Part shown: positions 52,265 through 64,000 of the stretch, piece by piece
Position numbering within the stretch: position 1 is the stretch's first letter
Layout: every line of letters begins with the position of its first letter
NCBI RefSeq assembly: GCF_001194135.2
Contig: NC_068992.1
Span: 15,648,118 to 15,712,117 of the forward strand
DNA length: 64,000 bases
DNA from: Octopus bimaculoides
Lineage: Eukaryota
Reading direction: 5' to 3'
The notes under the pieces: model-generated
What the model saw: the letters and a program-made list of their open reading frames with translations, nothing else
The model's database searches: none
Told to the model about the DNA's origin: nothing
Program-made: the position numbers and the translations under genes

Positions 52265-52653
52265 TTGTTGTTGTTGGCACTCCGTCACTTACGACGTCGA
52301 GGGTTCCAGTTAATTCGATCAATGGAACAGCCTGCTCATGAAATTAACGTGCAAGTGGCTGAACACTCCACAGACACGTGTACCCTTAACGTAGTTCTCG
52401 GGGATACTCAGCATGACACAGTGTGACAAGGCTGACCCTTTGGATTACAGCCACAACAGAAACAGGAAGTAAGAGTGAGAGAAAGTTGTGGTGAAAGAGT
52501 ACAGCAGGGTTCGCCACCATCCCCTGCCGGAGCCTCGTGGAGCTTTAGGTGTTTTCGCTCAATAAACACTCACAACACCCGGTCTGGGAATCGAAACCGC
52601 GATCCTATGACTGCGAGTCTGCTGCCCTAACCACTGGGCCATTGCGCCTCCAC
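52265..52653 (-). mobile_element. Family A SINE, full length, with (CAA)n tail
   Basis: It is near-identical to 12500-12882 and has a perfect 10-bp TSD ggttggccag (52255-52264 and 52654-52663). Confidence 0.9.
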
Positions 52654-54427
52654 GGTTGGCCAGAGGTTATAGTAGAATACACTTGCCCAAGGTATCAAGC
52701 AAATAGCTCAAATTAGGGATAGAGAATCATGAAATAACATAGCTTCATAACATTCTCTGAAGGCTATTATTCATAACAACCAAAATAATTTTTCATAACT
52801 GTGATCTATACAATTATTTCTACTATAGGCACAAGGCCTGAAATTCAGTGGGAGGGAGTAAATTGATGGCATCAACCCCAGTGCATGACTGGTACTTATT
52901 TTAGCAACCCTAGACAATGAAAGGTAAAGCTGACCTTGGCACAATTTGAACTCAGAATGTTAAACCAGAAAAAAAACACTGTTAAGTATCTTGTCCAGTG
53001 TGGTAACAGTTCTGCTCGCTCATTGCCTTATAAATCATCGTTTAACATCCACTTTCCATGCTAGCATGGGTTGGACGATTTGACTGAGGACTGGTGAAAC
53101 CGGATGCCAACACCAGGCTCCAATCACTACACTCAGAGAGTGTAGTGGGTGCTTTTACATGTCACTGGCACGAAGGCCAGTCAGGCGGTACTGGCAACGG
53201 CCACGCTCAAAATGGTGTATTTTATGTGCCACCTGCACAGGAGCCAGTCCAGGGGCACTGGCAATGATCTCGCTCGGTGAATTATAAAACACTAAATTGT
53301 GAGATAATCTAGAAGTGTTGATTCCAATGTCTCGTGACCATTTACAATAATCCACAAATCATGCAGTGACGAGAGACTGCCCACTTCACAGAGTATAAGG
53401 ATATTTCCATGCATCACAGCTATCACCAATACCAAATTTAAAGTTACAATATCAGTTTCCAGTTTATTTGCCTTCGTTTTATATTTTACAAGAATCCATA
53501 TTGCTTATTGAGAAACATTATGCTTCTGTTACTAATTCAAATAGTTATCATAATATTCTTCTTTTTTTTTTCTGTTCCTAAGCAACCAAAGAAACCTGAT
53601 ATATGGATACATGTCTGTTAATCCAGTGGTGTCTTTTCATGTATATTTTATTTCAAAGACCACTCTCAAATGTAGAAATAAACTTCAATTCCAATTGGTA
53701 ACTCGACTAATGATCTTAGAGAAAAGTTATAATGCAAGGAAACACATAATTGAATTCTGATTTTCATGCCCTACTTTATGGCAATACCAAGGCTGGTACC
53801 ATAACATCAATACTGATAAAAAATAAATACGATAAAGACAGCTGTAATTTTTGTATGAAAATGAAAGTTTTGCTCACGATTTTGAGCTAGGAATGATATT
53901 AAAGCAAATATCTTTCCTTTCCATGTTTGAAACATTGGGGCAAAAAATCTATATTTGATTGGAAAAAATCTGGCATGCTTCAGAAGAATCCAGAGTTGAA
54001 ATATAGAGAACACATTGATTTAACACTAGGCCCAAGGTGAAGGCACATGGCTCAGTGGTTATAGCATAGGGCTTGCAATCATGAGGCAGTGAGTTTGATT
54101 ACCAGACTGGGCTGTGTGTTGTGTTCTTGAGCAAGACACTTTACTCCACATTGCTGCAGTTCACTCAACTGTAGAGACACGTTGCAACATCACTGGTACC
54201 ACGCTATGGATAACATTGGTGACATGAAAGTGAGAGGCTGGTATGTATGGGTGACTGCTTGTCCATAAACAACTTTGCCTGTACTTGTGCCCCAAAGGGT
54301 AACTTAGTAGGTGCAACCCCATGGTCATTCATGACAGAAAGGGGTCCATAAAGATTGCACCTAAAAAGTTATTTTCTAAGGCACAAGGTTGTTTATAGAC
54401 CAGCATTTACCCATGCATTTACTGGTA

Positions 54428-54682
54428 AAGTGTAAAGGGTAAAAAAACGCTTTGTCATGAATGACCATGAGATTGCACCTAGAAACTTACCCTCAGAGAC
54501 ACAAGCACAGGCAAGTTTGTTTATGGACCAGCAGTCAGCCATGCATTTACCCTTTGCCAGTAAATGCATTGGTGAATGTTGGTCCATAAACAACCTTGCT
54601 TGTACTTGTGCCTCAGAGGGCAAGTTTCTAGGTGCAATCCAATGGTCATTCATGACCGAGAGGGGTTTTTACCCTTTACCCT
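54428..54682. repeat. Head-to-head inverted pair of SINE 3' segments with a 9-nt spacer
   Basis: The arms meet at atgcatttac-cctttgcca-gtaaatgcat. The ORF track shows mirror-image ORFs at 54393-54653(-) and 54457-54687(+). Confidence 0.85.
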
Positions 54683-55267
54683 TGTAGGTGCAGTTACCTC
54701 CCCTGATGGTAGCTGTCTTAATAGCTCACCACTTGGTGGCACAGCATGTAACTCTGAGGTTCCAGCTCTTAGACCTTTCTCTTTGTAATCGCGACCGCAG
54801 CATGTGAGGATGTGACATCCTTAGCTCTTGCATGCAACACCTAATAGACAGTGAACAGCTATGACATAGGATACACAGAAGCTGAACATGGCCTTCCCCT
54901 CATAAATACCTTTCATGATTTATTCAACTTGTATATATTTGTGACCTGGAGTAAAAGCATTTAAAAGTTACAGCTTGATTCTGTGGATATCATTGTACAG
55001 TGTTCTTTCTTCAAATGACATCTATTCCACCTTTCTGAATGGAGTCGTTATTAGATGGTTTCACCACGTAAGACCACCACCATCTATAATGGTAGCCCCG
55101 ACATTCTAGATCACAGTTCCATCTAAAATGGTGACCCCAACGTGATAGGCTACAATTTCATCTAAAATGGTGACCCGACTTAGAACACACATTCCTTTCC
55201 GTAGTCCAGAGCCAGCATTGATTTTACTTCAATGACCAACCGTTCTTTCTCATTTCATCTCTTCGCT

Positions 55268-55600
55268 ACAGAAATATACCCCTTTCATCTTCTATTTTGT
55301 CTCCCACAAAATGACTTGTCTCCCACAAAACGACTTGTATATACAGAAATATACCCCCTTTCATCTTCTATTTTGTCTCCCACAAAATGATTTGTCTCCC
55401 ACAAAATGACTTGTATATACAGAAATATACCCCTTTCATCTTCTATTTTGTCTCCCACAAAACGACTTGTATATACAGAAATATACCCCTTTCATCTNNN
55501 NNNNNNNACCCCTTTCATCTTCTATTTTGTCTCCCACAAAACGACTTGTATATACAGAAATATACCCCTTTCATCTTCTATTTTGTCTCCCACAAAATGA
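55268..55600. repeat. ~56-bp minisatellite with an internal 19-bp sub-duplication, spanning a 10-N gap
   Basis: The unit atatacagaaatatacccctttcatcttctattttgtctcccacaaaacgacttgt is repeated about 5 times. Confidence 0.9.
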
Positions 55601-57859
55601 CTGTAGTGTACACTCAATGTGATCTGTTGTATAACTAACCATAGAAATAAAGCCTTTTTTTTTATTAGTCCCAGAAACAAATAATAAAGAGTAATGACGA
55701 GGTAGACATAACAGAATAAATTAGTAACTCTATCAGATAAAAAGAGAACTTTTAGTTGCCAAGGTTGTTTTTAAAACCTTTTTTGATCTAAAAAAGCCTG
55801 ACCTCTGCCCTGACATACAAAACTGAGGATGCATACATTAAAATTTTGTAATTTATTTCATGTTGTTCCACTTTTGTTTCTCATAAATATTCAAAACTAA
55901 CCCATAATTCCTAGCTTACAAAATAAGATATGATGTTGGCTTCATTTCCCTCAAATCCCATCCAACCACATTAGGCAAGTAGTTCTGCATACTTAAATTA
56001 AAAGTGTTGTTAAATAAACTAAACAGTACTTTTACTTTAGTAAACTAAACTACACTTTAACTTCAAGAAAATCTTTCCTCAATTTGTCTTCTTTCATGGT
56101 AATGTGGTAGGAAGTTTGCTTCTCAATCACATGGTTTCAAGTTCAATCCTACAGCATGACATCTAGAACAAGTGTTTTCTACTATAACCCTAGGCCAATC
56201 GAAGCCTTGTCAGTAGATTTGGTATATAGAAACTGAATAAATCTCATCAATGTGTATGTGTGTACGTGTGTGTGTGTGTGCGTGTGTGTGTGTGTGTTAC
56301 CAGTCAGTATCTCCTGTGACACTTTACATTCTGGTTTCAAATCTCGATGATGTCACCTTTGCCTTTCATACTTTGGAGTTCGATAAAATAAAGTACATTT
56401 TTAGTGGTGGCAGCAGTGGTGACGATGATGATGATGATGACAAGAGAGAGAGAGAGAGAGAATAAAGACAGTTTCAAAGATTCTTACTGAGATTGAACAT
56501 TACCAAGTATTTTATTTACAAAATTCATTAGAATAGAATTAATTAGAAGAAAAAAAAAATTAATATTCTAATTAGGCACGTAAAGTTAGTATAGATATCG
56601 ATAGAATTAACTCCTTTATGTCACTGATATTTATCTCAATTAACCGTGGATAAATGAAAGACAAAGTTGACTGTAATTGAAACTGAACTAAGGAAAAATG
56701 AACCGTTAAAGTTGATGCCATATAAAATATTTTGTCTGGCTGAGACGATAATCAGAATAACGAGTGACCAACAAAACAAGGAAAAGAAAAACAACATTGA
56801 GATATTCTCAAAGACTTTAAATGACAATGTTATTTTGGTACATCAAAAGTTTAAAAGATTATGTCATTGAGCTGTTAGTCTGGTCAGAAATGATGAAGTT
56901 AATTTACTCAAGTAAGATGATATAATTATCGTTAAGCAGCAAAGAAACTACTCTCGAGGAAATAACTACAGCTGCAGAGACAGATCAAACATTGGTTTTT
57001 GTCTTTTAGGTTGTTGTTTACTTTTTTTGTTTTTTTTTTGTTTTTTTTGGTTAAATAAGTAATCTAAAAGTTTCAAGAAGTTAATGAGCAGAATAAACTA
57101 ATTATGTGATGTAGTAACCAGCATTAAATTTAACATCATTGTGTAGGCACAGGCAAGAATTTTGTTTCCCAACCACATGGTTTCAGGTTCAATATCACTG
57201 CATAGCTCCTTGGACAAATGTTTTCTACTATAGCCTTGAGAATGGATTTTGTAGATGGAAACTGAAAGAAGCCTGTCAATATGTGTGTGTGTATCTGAGT
57301 GCGTGTATCTGTGTGTGTGTATCTGTTTGTGTGTGCATGCATGTGCGTGTATGTGTCTGAGTGTGAGTGTGTGAGCATGTGTGTGTGTGTGCATGCATGT
57401 GTATGTGTGTGCATGTGTATGTGTGTGCATGTGCATGTGCGTGCATGCACATGTATGTCTGTGTATGCACGCATGTGTGTATGTGTGTGCATGTGCATGT
57501 GTGTGTATGTGTGTGCATGCACATGTATGTGTGTGTGTGTGTATGTATGTATGTGTGCAAGCATGCATGTGTGCACATGTGTGCATGTTAGTGTCTTCTT
57601 ACCTCGACATCAGACAATAGTTGTAAGCAAGCCTCACCATCATGCATTTCCAATCTTTCATAAAAACATGTCTCAACATGGAGAAATATCATCTTACTTA
57701 GAAACAAGCGAGGGTAGATGACAGGAAAGGCATCGGGCTGTAGTAAAATTTGCCTCAACAAATCATATCCAAGCTAAGCAAGCCAAGAGAAGTGAACATT
57801 AAAGCAACAAACACAATGACATGTGACTTATCTATCGTCAACATCCTTTCAATCTACAT

Positions 57860-58043
57860 CAGTGCTCTGCAACCTTTTTCCACTTGAAGTACAAATATTT
57901 TTTTTTTAATTCAGCAGCACACCTGAACTAAAAACATAACTAAAAGTATAGGGGAAAAAATTATATTCAGGTTACACTGCGGCACACCAAGCATCATCTC
58001 ATGGCACCCCAGTGTGCCATGGTATACCAGTTGCAGAGCCCTG
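57860..58043. mobile_element. hAT (Charlie-like) MITE
   Basis: TIRs CAGTGCTCTGCAAC / GTTGCAGAGCCCTG and an 8-bp TSD ATCTACAT / ATCTACAC. Confidence 0.85.
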
Positions 58044-58695
58044 ATCTACACCATTCCTATTTGCAGAAATTACTTTCACTTTGCTACACAAACACACAAG
58101 TTCTTCTTTCAATTCAAGATTATCCAAAGATTTTNNNNNNNNNNNNNNNNNNNNNNNNNNNNNNNNNNNNNNNNNNNNNNNNNNNNNNNNNNNNNNNNNN
58201 NNNNNNNNNNNNNNNNNNNNNNNNNNNNNNNNNNNNNNNNNNNNNNNNNNNNNNNNNNNNNNNNNNNNNNNNNNNNNNNNNNNNNNNNNNNNNNNNNNNN
58301 NNNNNNNNNNNNNNNNNNNNNNNNNNNNNNNNNNNNNNNNNNNNNNNNNNNNNNNNNNNNNNNNNNNNNNNNNNNNNNNNNNNNNNNNNNNNNNNNNNNN
58401 NNNNNNNNNNNNNNNNNNNNNNNNNNNNNNNNNNNNNNNNNNNNNNNNNNNNNNNNNNNNNNNNNNNNNNNNNNNNNNNNNNNNNNNNNNNNNNNNNNNN
58501 NNNNNNNNNNNNNNNNNNNNNNNNNNNNNNNNNNNNNNNNNNNNNNNNNNNNNNNNNNNNNNNNNNNNNNNNNNNNNNNNNNNNNNNNNNNNNNNNNNNN
58601 NNNNNNNNNNNNNNNNNNNNNNNNNNNNNNNNNNNNNNNNNNNNNNNNNNNNNNNNNNNNNNNNNNNNNNNNNNNNNNNNNNNNNNNNNNNNNNN

Positions 58696-58736
<41 letters not shown>

Positions 58737-59280
58737 TGTGTGTATGTATATATGTATATATGATGGGCTCCTTTCAGTTTCCATCTCCCAAATCCACTGA
58801 TAAGCTTTTGGTTGGCCCGAGGCTGTAGTAGAGGACACTTGCCAAAGTGCTGTGCAGTGGGAGTGGACCCGGAACCTTCTTACCAGACAGCAACACCATG
58901 TCTGTTAACATAAGTAACATAGTTAGCTAGCGAGAAACATCAACACCTTTCTGAACTGAGCAGTGTAGCCAAAGTTACCCACTAAATAGTTAATAAGCAC
59001 TAAAAGAAGCATAAGAGATGGTACTTAGTTTTGCTTTCTTGGTTTGAAACTGGAACATAACCTTCCTCCTAACATAGGACACCCAGCTGGTAACATGCCC
59101 AGTCAAGAGTGGGGGCATGCTCTGTTGCTGTGTATTGCTGCATTCACCATATGTTGGTATATTCCCAGGTCCCCCCAGGCAACCAGTCGAGCAGAGTCCC
59201 AGTCAGTGCCCATCTCCATAAGGTACTTCTTTATCTGCTGTGACTATGTGGCAAGTGGTCAACCAACATGAGCCATCAAA

Positions 59281-59554
59281 GTATTGGTCAGACTTTAAAT
59301 CCATCACTTTCAGGTCAGTGGTCATCTTGACCCCTCATGTATGTCACACTTCTGTTTGAATACACTCAGTTGTTTCTACAAGTTTGCAAATTTGATTAAT
59401 TTATTAAGGCAAGTACATCACCATCATCATTGCAAACTTGTAGAAACAACCAAGTATCCTCAAACAAAAAGTAGAGTGACATGTATTAGGGGTTAAGATA
59501 ACTTGACTACTGATTATGGCCCCGAAAGTCATGAATTTAAAGCCTGACCAATAC
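59281..59554. repeat. Imperfect ~270-nt palindrome
   Basis: gtattggtcagactttaaat pairs with atttaaagcctgaccaatac, and gttgtttctacaagtttgca pairs with tgcaaacttgtagaaacaac. Confidence 0.8.
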
Positions 59555-61169
59555 TTTACAATTGAACCATTCCATTTACAATAAATTTACATAATTACCC
59601 AAACCGTGCATGCATGGAAAGTTTTCAAATAAATAAATTAATGTACTTTATCCAATTGAAAATATTTCACAATATAGATTTACGATAACATACAGTATAT
59701 TACTTAAAAGAACAATAAAAACGGTTTTGTTTAAAACGTCACATGCTCACCAAAGTTGAAAACAAAAATATGCCATGAAAATGAACACTAAATAGTTCCA
59801 TTCTCTGGAGAACTAAATAATAATACATGTAAACAGAAATTTAGAGCTAACAATTTTTATTAACTGCTCCAAAAATTGAGAAGAAATATCATTTTATAAA
59901 TTCATTTAACCCACATGCAGAAAGAAATGTGGTTTTAGATAGAAATAAAAGACAAGAAAGGAATTATATAATTAATAACTAAAAATTACAAATACAAAAA
60001 ACACTTGAGAGTAAAATGGGTTTTTAAAGATTTAAGAATGCTAGTTAATTCAAAGAATTCAGAAAGCAGCTAATTCAATGAATTCTTAGATAATGTAGTT
60101 ATATCCATAACATGCAAGGAATATACCTTATCAATTTAAAAGAAATTAAAATCAAAATTGGATCTGACAATGAGGTTATTATTATTATTATTATTGTTAT
60201 TATTTTTATTGTCACTCGTTAGTAAGTTGGCACGTTCATTATGCTCAGCTCATTTGCCACTGCTCTCGCTTGGATCAAATTACCATGTGAGTTAGTGGTA
60301 AAGGCTTACAAGTCCAAAACATAGAGCTATTTAATGAGCATTAAATGAATTTCCAAGAAAATTTAATTTTGTAGACTATTTTATTTGTTAATCGTTAGTT
60401 TTGCTCCTGTTTCTCCAGCTAACTTTTATATTGGCAGCTTTGCTTGGATAACTATAACAGACTTTTAACATTATCTCTGTAGAATTCAGAGTCAGCACTG
60501 AAAGTTATGACATTTCGTAAACAAATACATCTATGAAAACAATGCAATCACAGGTAATGGGTGTACAAGCATATTTCAAAGTGTTGTTGCCCTTCCATCA
60601 GCACCACATCCAACTCAACAACAATCCACAAACACATTGCTTACAAACCCACTAGGTTTAGCAGTTTAACACAACTGACTAGAGCAATTTGCACATGAAT
60701 CACATTCCTAGCAGCTGGTAGGTATATGCTATTTGCTGGCAAGACCACAACCTTTCGTTTTGCAACCAAAATATACAATCAAGTCATAATGCAGGTTTAC
60801 ATGTCAATATTGTGTCTTACCATGTGCTTGAAGTTTGATATACTACTTTAAGTTAATCTTAATAGATATAATGGATTACTATGATATATCACAATTTCTG
60901 GTTTTAGTGTGTCTGTACCATATATTTTTGCACCTTATCTATAGCAATTAATTAGTCTAACATATCTGCATCATGTATTTATATTTACTTTACAATTTAT
61001 ATAAGGAGAGTGTTTAAGTGAATGTATATATTTGCTTATATAAAAAAATCACATACACAAACACACACACACACACATATTAAAATTGAATTATTGCATT
61101 CATATTTGATAAACCAAGTCAATTGTTATTTTTCATTTGGTTCACTCTGATCACACACAACCATTAATG

Positions 61170-62010
61170 GGGATGGCTTTAGTTTCCCTCTTTTTTCAGT
61201 AGCAGAACTGCTTGCCATTTATTCATCACATGTTTTATAAACTTTATCCCTGTTGGTACTACCTTGCTCATGAATAGCGTTTCAAGGATCCATGTGTTAG
61301 TGTTCTGGTAATCAATCCAAAGTGGAGGCGCAATGGCCCAGTGGTTAGGGCATCGGACTCGCGGTCATAGGATCGCGGTATCGATTCCCAGACGGGGCGT
61401 TGTGAGTGTTTATTGAGCGAAAACACCTAAAGCTCCATGAGGCTCCCGCAGGAGATGGTGGCGAACCCTGCTGTACTCTTCCTTCCACCACAACTTTCTC
61501 TCACTCTTACTTCCTGTTTTCTGTTGTGCCTGTAATTCAAAGGGTCAGCCTTGTCACACTGTGTCATGCTGAATATCCCCGAGAACTACATTAAGGGTAC
61601 ACATGTCTGTGGAGTGCTCAGCCACTTGCACGTTAATTTCACGAGCAGGCTGTTCCGTTGATCGGATCAACTGGAACCCTCGACGTCATAAGCGACGGAG
61701 TGCCAACAACAAATCAATCCAAACCATGGTCAGATCCTTAATTTCTTTCCAGCAGTCTTCAGTCATGGCTTTGTTGATAACTGCTCTTCATAACTATACG
61801 AGCCTTTGCAGCATCCCTTCTGCTTGTCTGGAAAGAGGTTGTTTCCTTCAAGGTGTCTGCCCATTCTCTGCAATATTACTGTCGCTAAGGTCTTAGTTTT
61901 GGCAGATTTGGGAATTAAGTTGGTTTTCTCTCCTGTGAGCCATTCAGATGTTGTCTCGGTCTCCATCAGCATCTCATTGAACTTCTCAATCAGCACCTTT
62001 ATGTGTCCTT
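61170..62010 (-). mobile_element. R4/Dong-clade RT fragment interrupted by a SINE
   Basis: It reads WLTGEKTNLIPKS...HLEGNNLFPDKQKGCCKGSY...INKAMTEDC...MVWID, then the SINE at 61322-61711, then YQ..WILETLFM...IKFIKHVMNKWQAVL. Confidence 0.85.
61322..61711 (+). mobile_element. Family A SINE, full length
   Basis: Same family, with a perfect 12-bp TSD aatcaatccaaa (61310-61321 and 61712-61723). Confidence 0.9.
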
Positions 62011-63269
62011 ATTGCTGTCGCTGTTGTTTTTGTTGGTGTTGAGATAGTGAACTAGCAGAACCTTTAGCATGCTGGATGAAATGCTTAGCAGCATTTCATC
62101 CAGCTTTACGTTCTGAGTTCAAATTCTGCCAAGGTCAACTTTGCTTTTCATCCTTTCAGGGTCATTAAAATAAATACCAGTTGAACACTGGGATCAACAT
62201 AATCAATTTACTCCTTTCCTGAAATTAAGAATATGTATGGTTCTGCTGTTAAGAAGTTAAGAAGTTTGAAGTTTGCTTTGCTATCACATGGTTCTGAGTT
62301 CAGTCCCGATGCACAGCAGCTTGGGCAAGTGTCTTCTATTCTACCTCCAGACCAATCGTTACCTTGTGATTGAATTTAGTAGAAGTCATGCAGAAGCCCA
62401 GTGTTTTTTTGTTTTCTTTTGGCAAGGGGTATATATGCCACTCCTCCTGCTGAAGAGGACTGGCCTGCAAGAGCCCCATGCCAGTGCCACATAAAAAAAA
62501 AACACCCAAGCTAGCACCATGTAAAAGAACACTTGTGCTGGTGCCGTGTAAAAAGCACTCAGCACACTTTGTAAAGCAGTTGGCATTAGGAAGGGCAGCC
62601 AGGTGTAGAAACCAAACCAAATCAGATTGGAACCTGGTGCAGCTTTCCTGCTTGCTAGCTCTGATCAAACCATCCAACCCATACCAACTTGGAAAACAGA
62701 CGTTAAAGGATGATGATGATGATCACACATACACACACACACACACATATATATATCAGGTGCAGTCATGTGGTAAGAAAACAGCTTCCCAACCACAGGC
62801 TTCTGGATTCAATCCCACAGCATAACACTTTGGCCAAGCATCGTCTACTATAGCCTATGCTTGACCAAAGACTTGTAAGTATATTTGGTAGAGATACTGA
62901 AAGAAGCCTATCTTATGTGTGTGTGTGCACGTGCATGTGTGTATGCATGCATGTGTGTGCAAGTGTCTATACATGCATGTATGTGTGTATGTTATAACTT
63001 TGCCTCGACATCACGTGATAGCTGTAAACAAATGTTGCTATCATGCAAGTGGTGTCCTTCATTCATCTTCCATGAAAACATGTCAGGTGACGTCATGGGG
63101 AAATATTACCTTACTGGGAAACAGGTGAGGGTTGGTAACAGGAAAAGCTTCCTGCTGTAGAAAATAAAAGTGGTTTCCACTTCTATGATGTTTACATCCC
63201 TCACTTCCATATTTCTGCATTATTTCTATTCGAATAATTGGACCATTAAAATAAGTATTTCAATAGACT

Positions 63270-63509
63270 TTAACCCATTAGTGCCCAGGGTCAGTTTTTT
63301 AGGACCAGAAGTATAATCCATCATATTTCTGCAACACTTGTATCTTTCTGAGATATCTTTAGTTAGTCATCAAGTCATCAAGACTGGAGTGTCTTTTAAA
63401 TATTGTAATTAAAATTTTTCTATATATTTAGTATCAGATAAATTTGTGTAAAAAAAATAGATTTTAGGTAATAATTTAAAGAAAAACAACTTGGGCACTA
63501 ATGGGTTAA
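63270..63509. mobile_element. piggyBac-type MITE
   Basis: TTAA at both ends, with perfect 14-bp TIRs CCCATTAGTGCCCA / TGGGCACTAATGGG and no coding sequence. Confidence 0.9.
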
Positions 63510-64000
63510 TTTCTCATACAAAACTTTGAACTTCCATATCACATGAAAAACTGAGCTTTTGATTTTGCTTATTCAACCTTTAAATATACACCTTGAATGA
63601 AAGTACTTGTATCTTTTCTTTTCTTTCTACCTGATATATTATGATACTGAAAGTAAGAAACATTGACTGCCGCAACCAAACACTGAAATTTAGTTTTTAC
63701 TTACTTTTAATCAGTTGATTTTCTCTTTCAATGCATTTCAGAAATTGTTCATTATCAAACTCTGAAAGACACGGACAATAATTATATAAGCATAGTCCAT
63801 CCTCAAGAAAAGAAAAATATCAAACACAGTTAGTGTAGTAGTCTTAACAAAATAGCAATTACTCTTTACTCTCTCTTTTACTTGTTTCAGTCATTTGACT
63901 GTGGCCATGCTGGAGCACCGCCTTTAGTCGAGAAAATCGACCCCAGGACTTATTCTTTGTAAGCCTAGTACTTATTCTATCGGTCTCTTCTTGCCGAACC

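Overview
AT-rich, repeat-dense eukaryotic genomic DNA with six N gaps. It is most likely an octopod cephalopod (Octopus), inferred from the SINE, RTE and microsatellite content. Almost all entries in the supplied ORF track are microsatellite or transposon artefacts. The one well-supported host gene is not in that track. It consists of three minus-strand exons (24306-24432, 18939-19028, 292-470) with canonical splice sites and compatible phases. They join into a stop-free coiled-coil reading frame that aligns without gaps to the N-terminal region of vertebrate SIX6OS1/C14orf39, a synaptonemal-complex central-element protein; this alignment is to the human sequence as I recall it and needs a database check. 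The gene continues off the left edge. Its 5' end, probably near 32.4-33.3 kb, is obscured by two perfect inverted duplications that look like assembly fold-backs. The rest of the window comprises several tRNA-derived SINE families, 5'-truncated RTE LINEs with (GAT)n tails, at least five R4/Dong-like retrotransposon relics (one ending in a long (TAA)n array), Tc1, mariner and piggyBac relics, TTAA and hAT MITEs, several long decayed hairpins, and a Penelope-type minimal hammerhead-ribozyme motif. No intact transposon, rRNA, tRNA gene or CRISPR array was found.
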